A DNA stretch of 64,000 nucleotides from Octopus sinensis (lineage: Eukaryota): assembly GCF_006345805.1 (NCBI RefSeq), contig NC_043005.1:10664001-10728000 (forward strand), in the 5' to 3' direction. Below the pieces are notes generated by a model. That model was not told the DNA's origin. It searched no databases and saw only the letters and a program-made list of their open reading frames with translations. The first letter of the stretch is position 1. Each line of letters opens with the position of its first letter. This document shows, in pieces, positions 10,408 through 23,054 of this stretch. The position numbers and the translations under genes are program-made.

Positions 10408-12020
10408 GTGAGTGATATATTTTCTAAATATGCAAATTTTCTTCTTGAGAAAGATTTTTTTTAAGAACTTGGATGTAAGTTTATTTGTGTAGTATAGAAA
10501 AAGTTTGTCAGAAACTTTTAGATTTTTACAGAAATAAAGAAAATGTAATAATAATAGTAATAATAATTGATGTCTTCTTGGCAGGACAGATTTAAATACA
10601 TTTGTGTTGAAAGAATTTGGAAAACTAATCAGCTAGGATATACATGATGAATATTTTATGTGAAACAAATGATTTTTCTTAGAATCTTTGACAATTCAAT
10701 ATTGTCTGTGATGGAAGTTATGTGAACAAAAGTAGATTTTCTGAAAAAAAAAAAATGCTATATTGTATTGACAGTTTATTTAAGATATAATAAAACAGAG
10801 TGTATCTATCAAGATATGAAAAAATTCATCAAAAAGTAACTATTATTGCAAGTTTAGAAATAATTAAGTTCTGTGAAGTCTATCACTTTTGAGAGTCATA
10901 TGTAAATATTAAATTTTAAGATTCATTCTTTTCAGGAATATTTGATGGCTTTTTTTTTTTTTTTACAGAATAATTATTTTTGTTTTGTTGTTATGAATTT
11001 TGTTTGAATTGTTGAAAATAATAATAAAAAAAAAAGAATTGTGTTCTATAATGTCAACCAATGTTGCCCTCATAAGTGAATGTTTTTATGTTGCTGACCA
11101 TTCTTGATGCAGTGCCATTTTTCAATTGTTCACGTTGTGAAACATTGTAAATTATGTATATATTTATTTATTTTTAATTTTCATTCTTTGTTACTATCAT
11201 TAATATAGATTTTGAATCTTTACATACTTTTCAAAGACATTTTCTGATATTCAGAAATCATATAGAAAAAGAGTTAAGTAATTGCTGAAATTTTTTGGTA
11301 TCACAAAGAATAGAAGATAGCTTACAGTAGCATCATATTACCTTGGTCTGTGGTATCTTTGACACAAACCAAATTAACTGGGGTATTGTTAATCTATGAA
11401 TTTTTCTCACTCTTCTTTTTCAGAATATAGATATATAGACATTTTTAGTGAGTAAAAGAATGTAGAATTTGTCATTCATAAACATTATTGTTTTATCATA
11501 GGCCAGCCCTGATTGAACAAACCTAGGATCAAAGGTGTTCCAGGTGTGACCATTGAGTCATTTCTTTTTTCAGACTATCTAAGATTACTTTACCCAGTGT
11601 ATCTTCCCCTTTTTCTTTTTTTATATTTATAGACAATAGGGTTTCATGGCAGGTTGTTATTTCTAGCCAGCCATGTAACTGTGTAGAGGTTATCTTACTG
11701 GCTTATAACTAAGAAACTTACTGAAGTTTAACTCCCAATTGGCCCTGGTTGAACGGGCCAGTAATCAAGGTTTTTCCAGCTATGTTTATTCAGTATTTTC
11801 TGTTTTCCGACATAGCGCAATACACAGTTAAGTTTAATATATTTTGGACTATATCATCCAATATGTCATTTTTTTTAAAAGATAAAATGTAATCTGAAAG
11901 AGATTGGGCTGTTATCTCTTGTAGATCAAGTAACCATGTAGATATTGCTTTTGAGCTTTTTTTATAGTTGTTGATATTAATAGTCCATATGATTAATACA
12001 AAATTTCATCTCAGTTAACC

Positions 12021-12104
12021 ATGTTCTATGTGCTTCAGTGAAGTAGTGGTAAGCTAATAAATCAAGCATTTAACCTTTTACCACTTCACTGAAGTGTAAT
12101 ACAT
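12021..12104 (+). ncRNA. Candidate intronic pre-miRNA-like hairpin
   Basis: 22 pairs with one 3-nt bulge 12029-12053/12077-12098, 23-nt loop. Confidence 0.28.
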
Positions 12105-13707
12105 ATACATATATTTGTCTGTCTGTCTGTCTGTTGTCTGTCTGTTCAATCTCAAGTGGTCATTTTATTTTGACTTCAAACTTGCTGCCTGTAAGTCCTT
12201 ATCTTAAAAAGCTACTTCTGGCTTCTTTAAGTGGAATATAATTTAATCAATACTCTGCAGTGGGGAAGAGGGAAGCAAATTATCCAATTCCATGCAAATT
12301 CAATCAGTTTTCTATTAATGTTTTTGACATTTTTGTTTTTGTCTCCTTCACTGTCAAATCAGTTTAGAGGACATTTGGGGAATATTAAGTTAATTCATTA
12401 AAAAATTTAGAACTTTTTTTTAACACTGCCTAAATTTTACAAATAAATAATTTCATCGTAAAACTTTAGCTTATATACTGTTGAGCATAGCTTTCTTGGA
12501 TGTAGATGGGACTATCACAAAGTTCTCATCATAGGGCTTATGGAATTTAAATTATTGCCAGGCAGAAAAAAAAAAAATTATTTTCCTCTTACCTCCATCT
12601 CCTGCAAGTTGCATTTAAGGCAGAATATTCATTGTTTGAACTGATATGTTTTTATAAATATCTAGGGATATTTACATGTAAAAAGCACCCAGTCCACTCT
12701 GTAAAGTGGTTGGTAATAGGAAGGGCATCTAGCTGCAAAAGCTATGCCAAAGTAGACAAAGGAGCTTGGTGCAGTCCTCTGACTCGCCAACTCCTGTCAA
12801 ACCATCCATCTACCATTCCTTAGGATATCTAAAGGTAGAACCAACCTGCTCCCACCAAAAAAAGAAAACAATTTCCCAAACCCACTGCTCTTCTCAAATA
12901 TTTGAGGCCTTCTTGAGGCCAACCTGGATCCCATACATCACCCCTTACTCAAGTGCAAATCTAGACTACGTAGATTTTGTTCTATCTGCTACTCCTCTTA
13001 TCTGGATTTCAGAAATTGATTTTCAGTTTCTCCAACTCAAAGTCTCCATTTTTCATTCTTTAAAATACATCTCTCTATGCAGCTTTCTGTACTTCTCAAA
13101 ACACCAGCAAATACCACACATCACCCCTTTCTGAAGTCATTGTTCTTGGTGATGAGGAATTACACAACTTCTCAGAGGTGTCACACTCATCCCATACTGA
13201 TGCTAAATCTTTTGTTGTTCCCAATTCCTTACTTCAATTTGTTTTATTCCCAACTTACACTCCAGACTGACAGACAGATCACCTTAAATACTTCATATAC
13301 ATCTCAAAATTTAATCATTATGAAACCACTTTTGCTCTCAACTTTGCATCCAACTCCACACTACATACTCTTGGCCAGTCACTTATAAATCTATTTCCTT
13401 CCCACTCATTTACTGTCACAGCCAACAACATCTGCTCTTAAGTAGATGATATAACCCTTTGTCCTTCCTAACCTTCCTCATACATCATTCACAGACAACC
13501 TAGACACCACATGCAAAGTTTGCACTGATTCCATGGAGACCTTGAATGGATCCTCCAGTTGAGCTTAAAACAACATAAAAAAAAGTTGATACTCAATATT
13601 GCACCACAAAACCTTAAACATGAGTTGCAAGCAGATAAATGCTGCTTGGTCACTCAAAATGTAACACTACACACATCCAACATACACCACACACACACAC
13701 ACACACA

Positions 13708-13738
<31 letters not shown>

Positions 13739-13799
13739 ACCTTATAAATTTATATGACTGCTTGTTGTGAGACATGCTGTGGTGGGTTTTGCATGAACA

Positions 13800-14330
13800 T
13801 GGGATTAATGAGCAACTTCAGTTGCCATGAAGACCCTATACAAATGCCAAAATATTCGTTTTTGGGTAAATGGGGCTAAATTGAAGCCTTGGAACCTGTG
13901 TGTTGAACTTTGGCAGGTGTGCATACTGCCACCTCTTTTTATAATTTTCACAAATTGACTTAACATGCACAGCCATTGTGGAAATGGTATCATAGTCAAA
14001 GGGTGTAGGATTGGTAAGCTGATATTTTCTAACAACATGGAGCTACATGTCTCATCAGAAGGTTCTCTTCCCACAAACACTGAATAGATTCCTTGCCAAG
14101 TGCTGCAAGGCAGAGATAATTAGTGATATGAAGACTGGTTAGTCCTATCAAGAAAGTCTTTTCAGTGTACTCTGTATGTTACTGGAACCTTATTGAGACA
14201 AGTAGAGAAGTTTAAGTGTTTTGGGGCTGAGTGATGGGATGCAGGATGCTGAATAGAATGCTAGAAATGCTGGTGCAGGCACAGTAATGCACAAGCTCTA
14301 GTATTCAATCTTCAGAAGAGTTGGTAAGCA
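13800..14330 (+). mobile_element. Highly degenerate RTE-like RT fragment
   Basis: Remnants resembling RQGCILxPxLFII (~13910-13950) and VEKFKxxG (~14200-14225). Confidence 0.4.
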
Positions 14331-14363
14331 ATCCAAACTCACTATCTTCATTTCTGTTTTTAT

Positions 14364-14551
14364 ACGTAAAAAGCACCCACTACACTCACGGAGTGGTTGG
14401 CGTTAGGAAGGGCATCCAGCTGTAGAAACATTGCCAGATAAGACTGGAGCCTGGTGCAGCCTTCTGGCTTCCCAGATCCCCGGTTGAACCATCCAACCCA
14501 TGCTAGCATGGAGAACGGATGTTAAACGTTGATGATGATGATGATGATGAT
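14364..14551 (+). mobile_element. Retroposon family C
   Basis: Near-identical to 15017-15196. Confidence 0.88.
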
Positions 14552-14707
14552 ACCTCTCTTCATCCATGGTTATGCATATCACTACATATCTTTTACACAT
14601 CTCTAGGGAGTAGAGCTTCAGTTCCTTTATCCTTTCCCAGTAACTCATTTGTTTCACCAAGTCAGTCTTCTTTGTGCAGTGACTCTGGATTGCTTCAAGT
14701 TCCTTAA

Positions 14708-15254
14708 CCCTTTCATTACCAACCTGGCTGAAACAGGCTCTGGTTCTGAGTACAAATGTATTGTTTTCATAAGTTTTGAATTAAAAATCTTCCACCAAAC
14801 CTTAGTCACAATTTATGTTCCTAACACTAGCTTAATGATAACTAAGTTAATTTACTAAATTCTTTGTTATATCTATGTCGGTGGCACGTAAAAAGCATCA
14901 TCCGAATCGTGGCCGAAGCCAGTGCCGCCTCGACTGGCTTCCGTGCAGGTGGCACGTAAAATGCACCAATCCGACTGTGGCCGATGCCAGCCTCGCCTGG
15001 CACCGGTGCAGGTGGCACGTAAAAAGCACCCACTACACTCACGGAGTGGTTGGCGTTAGGAAGGGCATCCAGCTGTAGAAACATTGCCAGATAAGACCGG
15101 AGCCTGGTGCAGCCTTCTGGCTTCCCAGATCCCCGGTCGAACCGTCCAACCCATGCTAGCATGGAGAACGGACGTTAAACGATGATGATGATGATGATCT
15201 AAAGTAATTGAAAGAAACACAGAGCATCTCAAAATAAATACATTAACAAAAGGG
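14708..15254. mobile_element. piggyBac-type MITE containing a family C insertion
   Basis: TTAA|CCCTTTCATTAC ... TAACAAAAGGG|TTAA; TTAA TSD and CCC/GGG termini. Confidence 0.88.
14876..15196 (+). mobile_element. Retroposon family C with three tandem 5' subrepeats, inserted in a MITE
   Basis: Three GGTGGCACGTAAAA units; (GAT)n tail; TSD ATCTA at 14871-14875 and 15197-15201. Confidence 0.9.
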
Positions 15255-15996
15255 TTAACTAGTTTGATGCCCTAGAGTGATCACAGTTGGGAGCAGTAAT
15301 CCAGACAACTCAGAAGAAAAGTTTTCCATAGGAGTAGCATGGTATTGTTTGTTCCTGGTTCTGAATGATTTCAGAATCCATCCAACAACTTGCCTGCACA
15401 ATGTTGCCATTTTGGTAATATGCCCATAGAATTTTACATCATTACTCGTGTGGCTTCCCAAGTGATGCACCAACTCTAACTCAGGAATTGCACTACTCTG
15501 TATTGCGATTATAGTGTTGAAGTGCTTGAACCTTCTCAGGATTGAATCTTCATGTTGCTTTCATCAGCCCATTTGTATATTGCATTCAGGTAATTTTACC
15601 ATTTTAGTATGTCATCAGTGTCCTTGAATGCTTCTGCTTCATTTGTATCATAAGCATAGCTTATGTATCATAAGTATAGGTTTGTATCATCAGCATAGCT
15701 GGTGAGAGTGCCTGACTGTGTGGCTGATGGAAGGACTCTGAGAAGCACCGCAGCAGTAACGGTCTCAGTACAGTTCCACGAGGGACTCCGCTGTGAATTG
15801 ATGTCTCTCCACAGAGAGAAAACCAATTGTCCCACAGCTGCCTTTTAAAAAGTCATGCAGCCTCTCTTTTATTTTTCCAGCAATGCTAAGGTCATGCAGT
15901 TTGTGACATTACCATCCCATGATCAACACACGCACACACATATGTGTGTGTATGTATATATATGTGTGTGTGTATATGTATATATATCTATATCTG

Positions 15997-16027
<31 letters not shown>

Positions 16028-16060
16028 ATATCTATCTATCTATATATACACACACACACA

Positions 16061-16226
16061 CGAGTGACTTCTTTCAATTTCAGTTTACCAAATCCACTCA
16101 CTGGGTTTTGGTAAGCCTGAGGCTATATACTAGAAGACACTACCCCAAGGTGCCATACAGTAGGACTAAACCCAAAACCATATGGTTGCGAAGGAAGCTT
16201 ATTACCACACAGTCACACCTGTGCCT
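16061..16226 (-). mobile_element. SINE family B, diverged 5' half
   Basis: Reverse-complement similarity to the family B head and core. Confidence 0.7.
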
Positions 16227-16268
16227 CTATATGTTTACATATATGCATGTAAATGTGTGTGTATATAT

Positions 16269-16320
<52 letters not shown>

Positions 16321-16471
16321 ATGTATGTATGTATAATTTGGTTAAATGTTCAACACTCAGATACCAGTAAATGTAAGTAGAATACATATGCCAAGTAAAT
16401 CCTCATGCATGACAGGTAAATCCAACAATTGTTTCAAAGTATTAATATATATATATATGTGTGTGTGTGTG

Positions 16472-16553
<82 letters not shown>

Positions 16554-16616
16554 TATAAATATGTGTTTATATATATATATGTAGATAGATATATATATAT
16601 ATGAATATAAATATGT

Positions 16617-16655
<39 letters not shown>

Positions 16656-16660
<5 letters not shown>

Positions 16661-16808
16661 TCTCGGAGTGGTTGGCATTAGGAAGGGCATCCAGCTGTAG
16701 AAACTCTGCCAGATCAGATTGGAGTCTTGGTTCGCCAGACCTCAGTCAAATCGTCTAACCCATGCTAGCATGGAAAGCAGACGTTAAATGATGATCATGA
16801 TGATGATA
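16656..16808 (+). mobile_element. Retroposon family C, short variant
   Basis: GGAAGGGCATCCAGCTGTAGAAAC and CCCATGCTAGCATGG...(GAT)n. Confidence 0.8.
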
Positions 16809-17639
16809 TATATGGATATGAATATAAATGTGTTTTTATATATATGTATAGGAATATATTCATATGTATATATATTTCGTTATATATATATGTATATTGC
16901 ATCTTCCCACAACACACACATATGCACAAACAATATTACACACACCAACTGATAAGAGAGATACATACACACACTTGTTCACATACATACGCATAAACAC
17001 ACAATATTAATACATTAACACATAACACACACACACACACAACAGTGTCATACACCAACCTGATGCATAAACACGCATGCACACACTACTCTCCCCAAGC
17101 AGACACATACACATTAACTGCTACACACATGCATTTGCACACACACACACACACACACACACTTTACACAACCTCACACATTCCCACGCCTATACACACC
17201 TCCACACATACATACACATAAATACACAAGCACAAACATACATCACTCAACACAGCATATCTGTTTGCTTATTCATACACACACACACACACACACATAC
17301 TCCCATATGCACACACACTCACACAGGCTCATATAGTCTTGTGCTTGCTCACACATGCATTCACATGTACTTGCCCACATACACATATACATTCACATGC
17401 ACTTGCATGCACGTGGTTTAGCCAGGTCATTTTATGTCCCCCTCCATTCAACCTCCTCCATCTGGTCATTTCAGCATATGAAACCCTTAATCCAGGTACG
17501 TTTGTTTCTCTCTCTCCATTCTCTTTCCTCATTCCTCTCCGTCGAAAAGTGTAGGCTTGAAATGTCAAAGGGTTTTTCCATTTTTCCTGAGCGTCAAACT
17601 AATACACTGACCTGCCCTTTGCTTCGTACAGAGCCATTG

Positions 17640-17745
17640 CTTTATCTGGTATTGTTGGGATGAGAATTTCCAATTCCTTTTTGAAAACATCCACATTTTG
17701 TAGATTTCTTAATGTTTTTGGCAGGGTATTAAAATTTGCATGCCT

Positions 17746-17784
<39 letters not shown>

Positions 17785-18370
17785 ATTTTTTGGCTCAAAA
17801 AGCAAAAAGCAAGGCCATGTAGGAGGACATGGAGTTATGTACAGGGTGGTGTTCATGTAAAGAGTTCAGGCCACTTGAGGTCAAGGGAGACTCTGAACAA
17901 AGCGATCGTCAGCATCTTCACCATCTTTCTGGCAGCTTGTTCCACGGATCCGCAACCCAAACGGAGAAGCCTAAACTATTGGTGTACCTGGTCCTGACTT
18001 CAGATGGAGTGGATAGTACCTTAACTTACAGCTCCAAAAAATACTGTCACATGAGATTAACATGAGATGGAGTGGATAGTACCTTTAGGACAATTTAATG
18101 TCTAGTTTCAGCATTTGAATAACACTCAGTGTTGAAATTAGGTACTAGTCCTTTCAAAATTTTTCATATGTAGATTATTATATATCTGTCATGTCTTTGC
18201 TTCAGGGAGTAAAGTTGTAGATTTTTTTTTTAGCATCTCCCTGTAGCTCATTTACTACACTGTTACAATCTTTTTAGTGTTGTGATGTTGGACCACTTCG
18301 AATTCCACTGTTAGTTTAGTGCTATATGGTGACCACAGCTGAGTGCAATGGTCTTTCACAGGGTCAACAT
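17640..18370 (-). mobile_element. Degenerate CR1-type LINE C-terminal fragment, host of two insertions
   Basis: Minus-strand LSYREML...LQLYSLKQRHDRYIIIYI*KILKGLVPN and NSLGF|KGMQI, contiguous once 17746-17965 is removed. Confidence 0.75.
17746..17972 (-). mobile_element. 3' end of a second CR1-family LINE with (CTAA)n tail
   Basis: Minus-strand FSVWVADPWNKLPE motif, short 3' UTR, (TTAG)n run at 17746-17784. Confidence 0.75.
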
Positions 18371-18426
18371 ATTTGTCTGTCTGTATGCATGGGAAAGAGA
18401 GAGAGAGAGAGAATGATAATATACAT

Positions 18427-18466
<40 letters not shown>

Positions 18467-18729
18467 TTGTATATGTGTAAAAAAAGGTTATTTAACTTCA
18501 CATGGGAAGAAATATAGAAAAAAGAAGTTGAAAATGCACTGGGAGTGTTTTAGATGGTCTATTTTTGAAGGCTTACCTGGTTTAATTTTCTGAATTTCAA
18601 AAGTGAAGTGAGATAGAAAGATGTGGGGCTATGCGTTGGCTATCTTGCTCTGACAGGAGTGCTAAAACTCTTGATTTTATAGAGTGAACATTGTCTAAAT
18701 TAGTATCTGTTTAGGATACAATTTTATTG

Positions 18730-19070
18730 GCAGAGGATGATCACATGATGAGGCTTAGAAATTTTTGTATATTCTTGTCCATGTGTTAATCTCATGTGAC
18801 AGTATTTTTTGGAGCTGTAAGCTAAGGCTGACACAATTGGGCGAACGTGTTTAGAGATAGTTCCAAACAATCAAGGCTCTCTAAATTTAATATCAAGTGT
18901 GGAAGAGGATGATTGTGTGATTAGGCTTGGAAAGTTCCCTGCTATGTCTGCGAGTTAATGTCATGTGACAATCTTTTTTTGCTTGAACTCTAAGAATGAC
19001 ACTGTTGAGTGATTGTGTCTAGTGACAGTTCCAAACAAGGCCCTCTAAATTTGATCTGTGAAGTGTTAGA
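18730..19070. repeat. Diverged ~170-bp tandem duplication
   Basis: AGAGGATGAT...AGGCTT.GAAA...GTTAAT.TCATGTGACA...GTTCCAAACAA...CTCTAAATTT occurs twice. Confidence 0.7.
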
Positions 19071-19747
19071 GTGGACAGGAGTTGTTTGTATATAGTCCTG
19101 TATATATGCACTCACTTATATACATCCCTCAACCTTCACCAAGTTGAGCACCATTGGTCATCCATCTATCTCTACATGACACCTTTCATTCTCCCTGAAT
19201 TTTCAAGTTGTTGCCAACCCTACTGTCTTCTCTTGCTCCCCCATACACTTGTAAACCTACACCTACATGACTTCTTCCTCTGTCCCACACTTCTAATCAC
19301 CTCACACCTTTAGGAACAACCTGGATTGTTCACACTCACACTCATAAAGGTGAGTAACCGTGTAGCTCCTTTCCAAGAATCTCACCTGTTCCACTTCTTT
19401 TTCTTTCACACTTATACCCTTCATCTCCTTGTATAAAACTGCACCCACCCTCTGGTATTGTAATGCAGTGCACCATACAGGGAAACTTAACCAGACCTGA
19501 TAGAACAAAATAGTATCCAATACACACTGAGGTGGCTGCCAAAGGGCATCCAGGTATTGAGAACGTGTGACATGAAGACACTGGAGTATGATAGTCATTG
19601 GACCCGTTGGGCCCACACACACATATATATATGTGTGTGTGTGTTTATGTATGTATGTATGAATGTGTTTATATGAATGTATGAATGTGTTTATATATAT
19701 GTATGTATGAATGTGTTTATATATATGTATGTATGAATGTGTTTATA

Positions 19748-21050
19748 TAATAATAATAATAATATAATAATAATTGTGTACAGTGCTCAGGTGCACTACA
19801 ACTCATCTAAAGTGTATATATAATCAGGTGTAGTTTCGACGGATTTCGGGAAGCATGAGGGCCTTAAAGGATGCAGTGTCATGGCAGTCAACAACTGATG
19901 CAGGCAGTTTATTCCACGCTTCAGCAACCCTGAGCGTGAAAAAATGTTTCCGAATCATGGGAGCTGTGCTGTTTTCTGACTTTGTAGGCATGTCCACGTG
20001 TGTTAGACACATGGAGATCAAAAAGGTGTTCAGTGTTGTTGTTGGTGAGGTGGTTGATAACCTTGTGGGTGTTTACCAAGTCCGTCGCTAGACGCCGGAG
20101 CTTCAGTGAATCCATGCCCAGGGAAACAAGGCACTCAGAATATGGTAGGTGTCTGATGGAGGGTATGCATTTGGTTGCACGTCTCTGGACAGATTCCAGG
20201 AGGTCAATGTTCTGAGCAAGATAGGGATTCCAAACTGATGATGCGAATTCCAAGTGTGGTCGTACCATAGCTGTATACAGTTTTAAATAGATGGCTGGAG
20301 AGCGGCTAACAAAAGTCTTGCTGAGTGATGCCAAGACACCCTCGGCCTTCTTGACAATTTTAGAGATATGCTTTGTCCAATGCAAATCACTGCTGACAGT
20401 GATGCCTAGGTCACGCTCGCAAGAGGGTTTCTTGATATCAGTGTTGTGGAGGGAGTATGTGGACGCAGGGTTTTTTCTCCCGAAATGCATGGTGGTACAC
20501 TTGTCCACAGCCAGTTTCAGTTGCCAGTCTGTGATCCATTGCTGCATTGTGTCTAGGTCTGATTGCAGGAAAGAGTTGTAGACATCAGGATCAGTCCTCT
20601 TGATTTCAAGGTACAGCTTGATGTCGTCTGCATATTTCAATACTGTGGCATTCTTTAAATTGGCATCTATGTCATTAATGTATGCCACAAACAGGAGGGG
20701 ACCAAGGACAGATCCCTGTGGTACACCCGATGACATCTCATATGGTGTAGAGTGCTGTCCTAGAACTGTGACTACCTCCTTTCGGCTGAGGATGAAGGAT
20801 TTCAACCAGTTAAAAAGGTCATCCCCCACACCCATTGCAGAGAGTTTCACCATAAGCCTTTTGTGTGGCACAGAGTTGAAAGCCTTAGCAAAGTCAAGGT
20901 AGACAACATCCACCCATGAGCCACTGTCAGTGATCTGAGTAATGTCCTCAAGGAACTCGACAAGCTGGTCACTGCATGTGAGTTAGGGACAAATCCATAT
21001 TGTGAGGGTCGGATGAGACTGTGAGAGCTCCAGAAGTTCCAGAAGTTCCA
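19748..21050 (-). mobile_element. 5'-truncated, relatively young CR1-clade LINE (RT domain and 3' end)
   Basis: ORF 19921-20913: YLDFAKAFNSVPH, SGVPQGSVLGPLLF, YADDIK, VRPHLEFASSVWNP. Frameshifted C-terminus FFTLRVAEAWNKLP; (ATT)n tail at 19748-19773; QYGF motif upstream in another frame. Confidence 0.95.
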
Positions 21051-21340
21051 TATATATGTATGTATGAATGTGTTTATATGTATGTATGAATGTGTTTATA
21101 TATATGTATGTATGAATGTGTTTATATATATGTATGTATGAATGTGTTTATATATATGTATGTATGAATGTGTTTATATATATGTATGTATGAATGTGTT
21201 TATATATATGTATGTATGAATTTGTTTATATATATGTATGTATGTATGAATGTGTTTATATATATGTATGTATGAATGTGTTTATATATATGTATGTATG
21301 AATGTGTTTATATATATGTATATATGTAAGTGTTTATATG
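21051..21340. repeat. ~24-bp minisatellite TATGTATGAATGTGTTTATATATA, continuing at 19645-19747 on the other side of the CR1
   Basis: Direct reading of repeated units. Confidence 0.9.
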
Positions 21341-21344
21341 TGTA

Positions 21345-21375
<31 letters not shown>

Positions 21376-21539
21376 TCGTATATGTATATATGTAGGTGTA
21401 TGTATGTGCATATACTTACATCTGTGTGTGTGTGTGTGTGTCTAATATCTATATTTGACTTATTTTTATGCTCATACAACCCAGATTTTAGTATATGCAT
21501 TGTCTAAGCAATACTTATACAACCCAGATTGACTACCTT

Positions 21540-22200
21540 CTCACTAGAAAGCTAAAATGACAGGTGTTTGACAACGTAAAGTATTTCTCTAATGAAGGAT
21601 GTACTATTCAGTATGTTAGTGGTTAACGACCTTATGTGTAGAGCTAGGGTGACTTAGAGAGAAATGCCTATTCAGCTTTTGGAAGCTTAAGAGAAGCCCT
21701 AATTGAAATATCTGACATAAAGGAGGCCGAGAGAGTGATGTTTAAAATAGAAGATACCTAAAAGTTTTTACTAGACAGCCTACTGAGGACACTCTTCTAA
21801 GTCTGTAGCTGATGCATTGTTCTATTCAGAAAAGGGTTGGTGGAACATTGAAGAAGACAGATCCATAAAAGCAAAGAGACAAGCTTGGAATGTAAGGTGG
21901 TTAGACGAGAACATAGGTGACAGGTATATTTAGCAAGAAGAGAGACCAAAAGGAAGAAGTTTGAATACGTTTTTCAGTGGAGGGGGTGGATTTGAGGCAT
22001 GGGTTCAGGATGGTGTGTAAAATAAAATTGAAACTTTTTGAGGGAGAAATATGTATAGATAGATAATGGTTCATTTGAGCTTAATGATTCTGAAAGAGAG
22101 ACATGGAAATGATTCTTTGAAAGGGTGCTAAACATGGAGAATGCAAGGGAAAAAGAGAGCCTTCCAAATGTGAACCCATAAAGTGACCAGCTAGTACTAG
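21540..22200 (+). mobile_element. Highly degenerate RTE-like LINE linker fragment
   Basis: Remnant WWNIEEDRSIKAKRQAWN, purine-rich and broken by stops. Confidence 0.45.
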
Positions 22201-22414
22201 CAGAAAGACTGCCCTCTGGGCAGTTTTCTGCTAGTTACTTGATAATATTTTCACATCGATATTTTCGGTTGCATATTTTTTTGGAAGCCCCATGTTGAAT
22301 TGCAAAATTCTAATGTGATATTTGTGTAATAACGAAATCAAACCTGGAGTGTGTGTGTGTGTGTGTGTGTTTATATTACAGAGACAGTGTGTGTGTATGT
22401 GTATGTGTGTGTAT

Positions 22415-22459
<45 letters not shown>

Positions 22460-23054
22460 TGGTGAGAGAAAATTGCAAACAAAGAATGAAATGAAAAAAT
22501 TGTATAAAAAAACTATCGTGTACTGAATATTTAAATCTGTGAACTTTAAATATTCGATAGTAAAAGGAAGTTCAGAAAGTCAATGTTTCTGAAAACTTCA
22601 ATTTATAAAAAATTTCACTTGCTTTCGTAAATATTTCTTTCAGTAATTTATCATAGTTGTAATATATCACTAATTTAAACAGACTTCAAGGTAACCCAAC
22701 TACATCTAGCATGCTAGAAATAGCAGTGATCACATAGTTATTATTGTAAGGCTGATAGTGTCCCAAACAGTCATGCAAACAAAATCACTTAATTTTTTTT
22801 TTTTTTTTTAATTATACTGGTATATTAAGAAATTTTAACTACTGGTATAAAAATTAAGTTCCTTTTTTTTTTTCACTAAAAATTAAGGCAAAATATAATG
22901 TTAAAATGTTTCACTATTTCCATACAAGAAATATAAATATATATAATCCTTTCTACTATAGGCACAAAGCCTGGAATTTGTGGGGAGGGGGATAGTCGAT
23001 TACATTGACCCCAATACTTGACTGGTACTTTAGAAGTAAATATATATTACTTTT

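Larger units (their letters stand above)
14552..15860 (-). mobile_element. Degenerate CR1-type LINE RT fragment, interrupted by a MITE that is itself interrupted by a SINE
   Basis: Minus-strand peptides MSYWERIKELKLYSLE (14600-14650), GWILKSFRTR (~15350-15390), SYADDTNL (~15680-15700), GVPRGTVLRPLLL (~15750-15790). Confidence 0.8.

Noticed and set aside
17746-17784. (TTAG)n as interstitial telomeric repeat
   Set aside because: Not TTAGGG; it is the 3' tail of a CR1 fragment.
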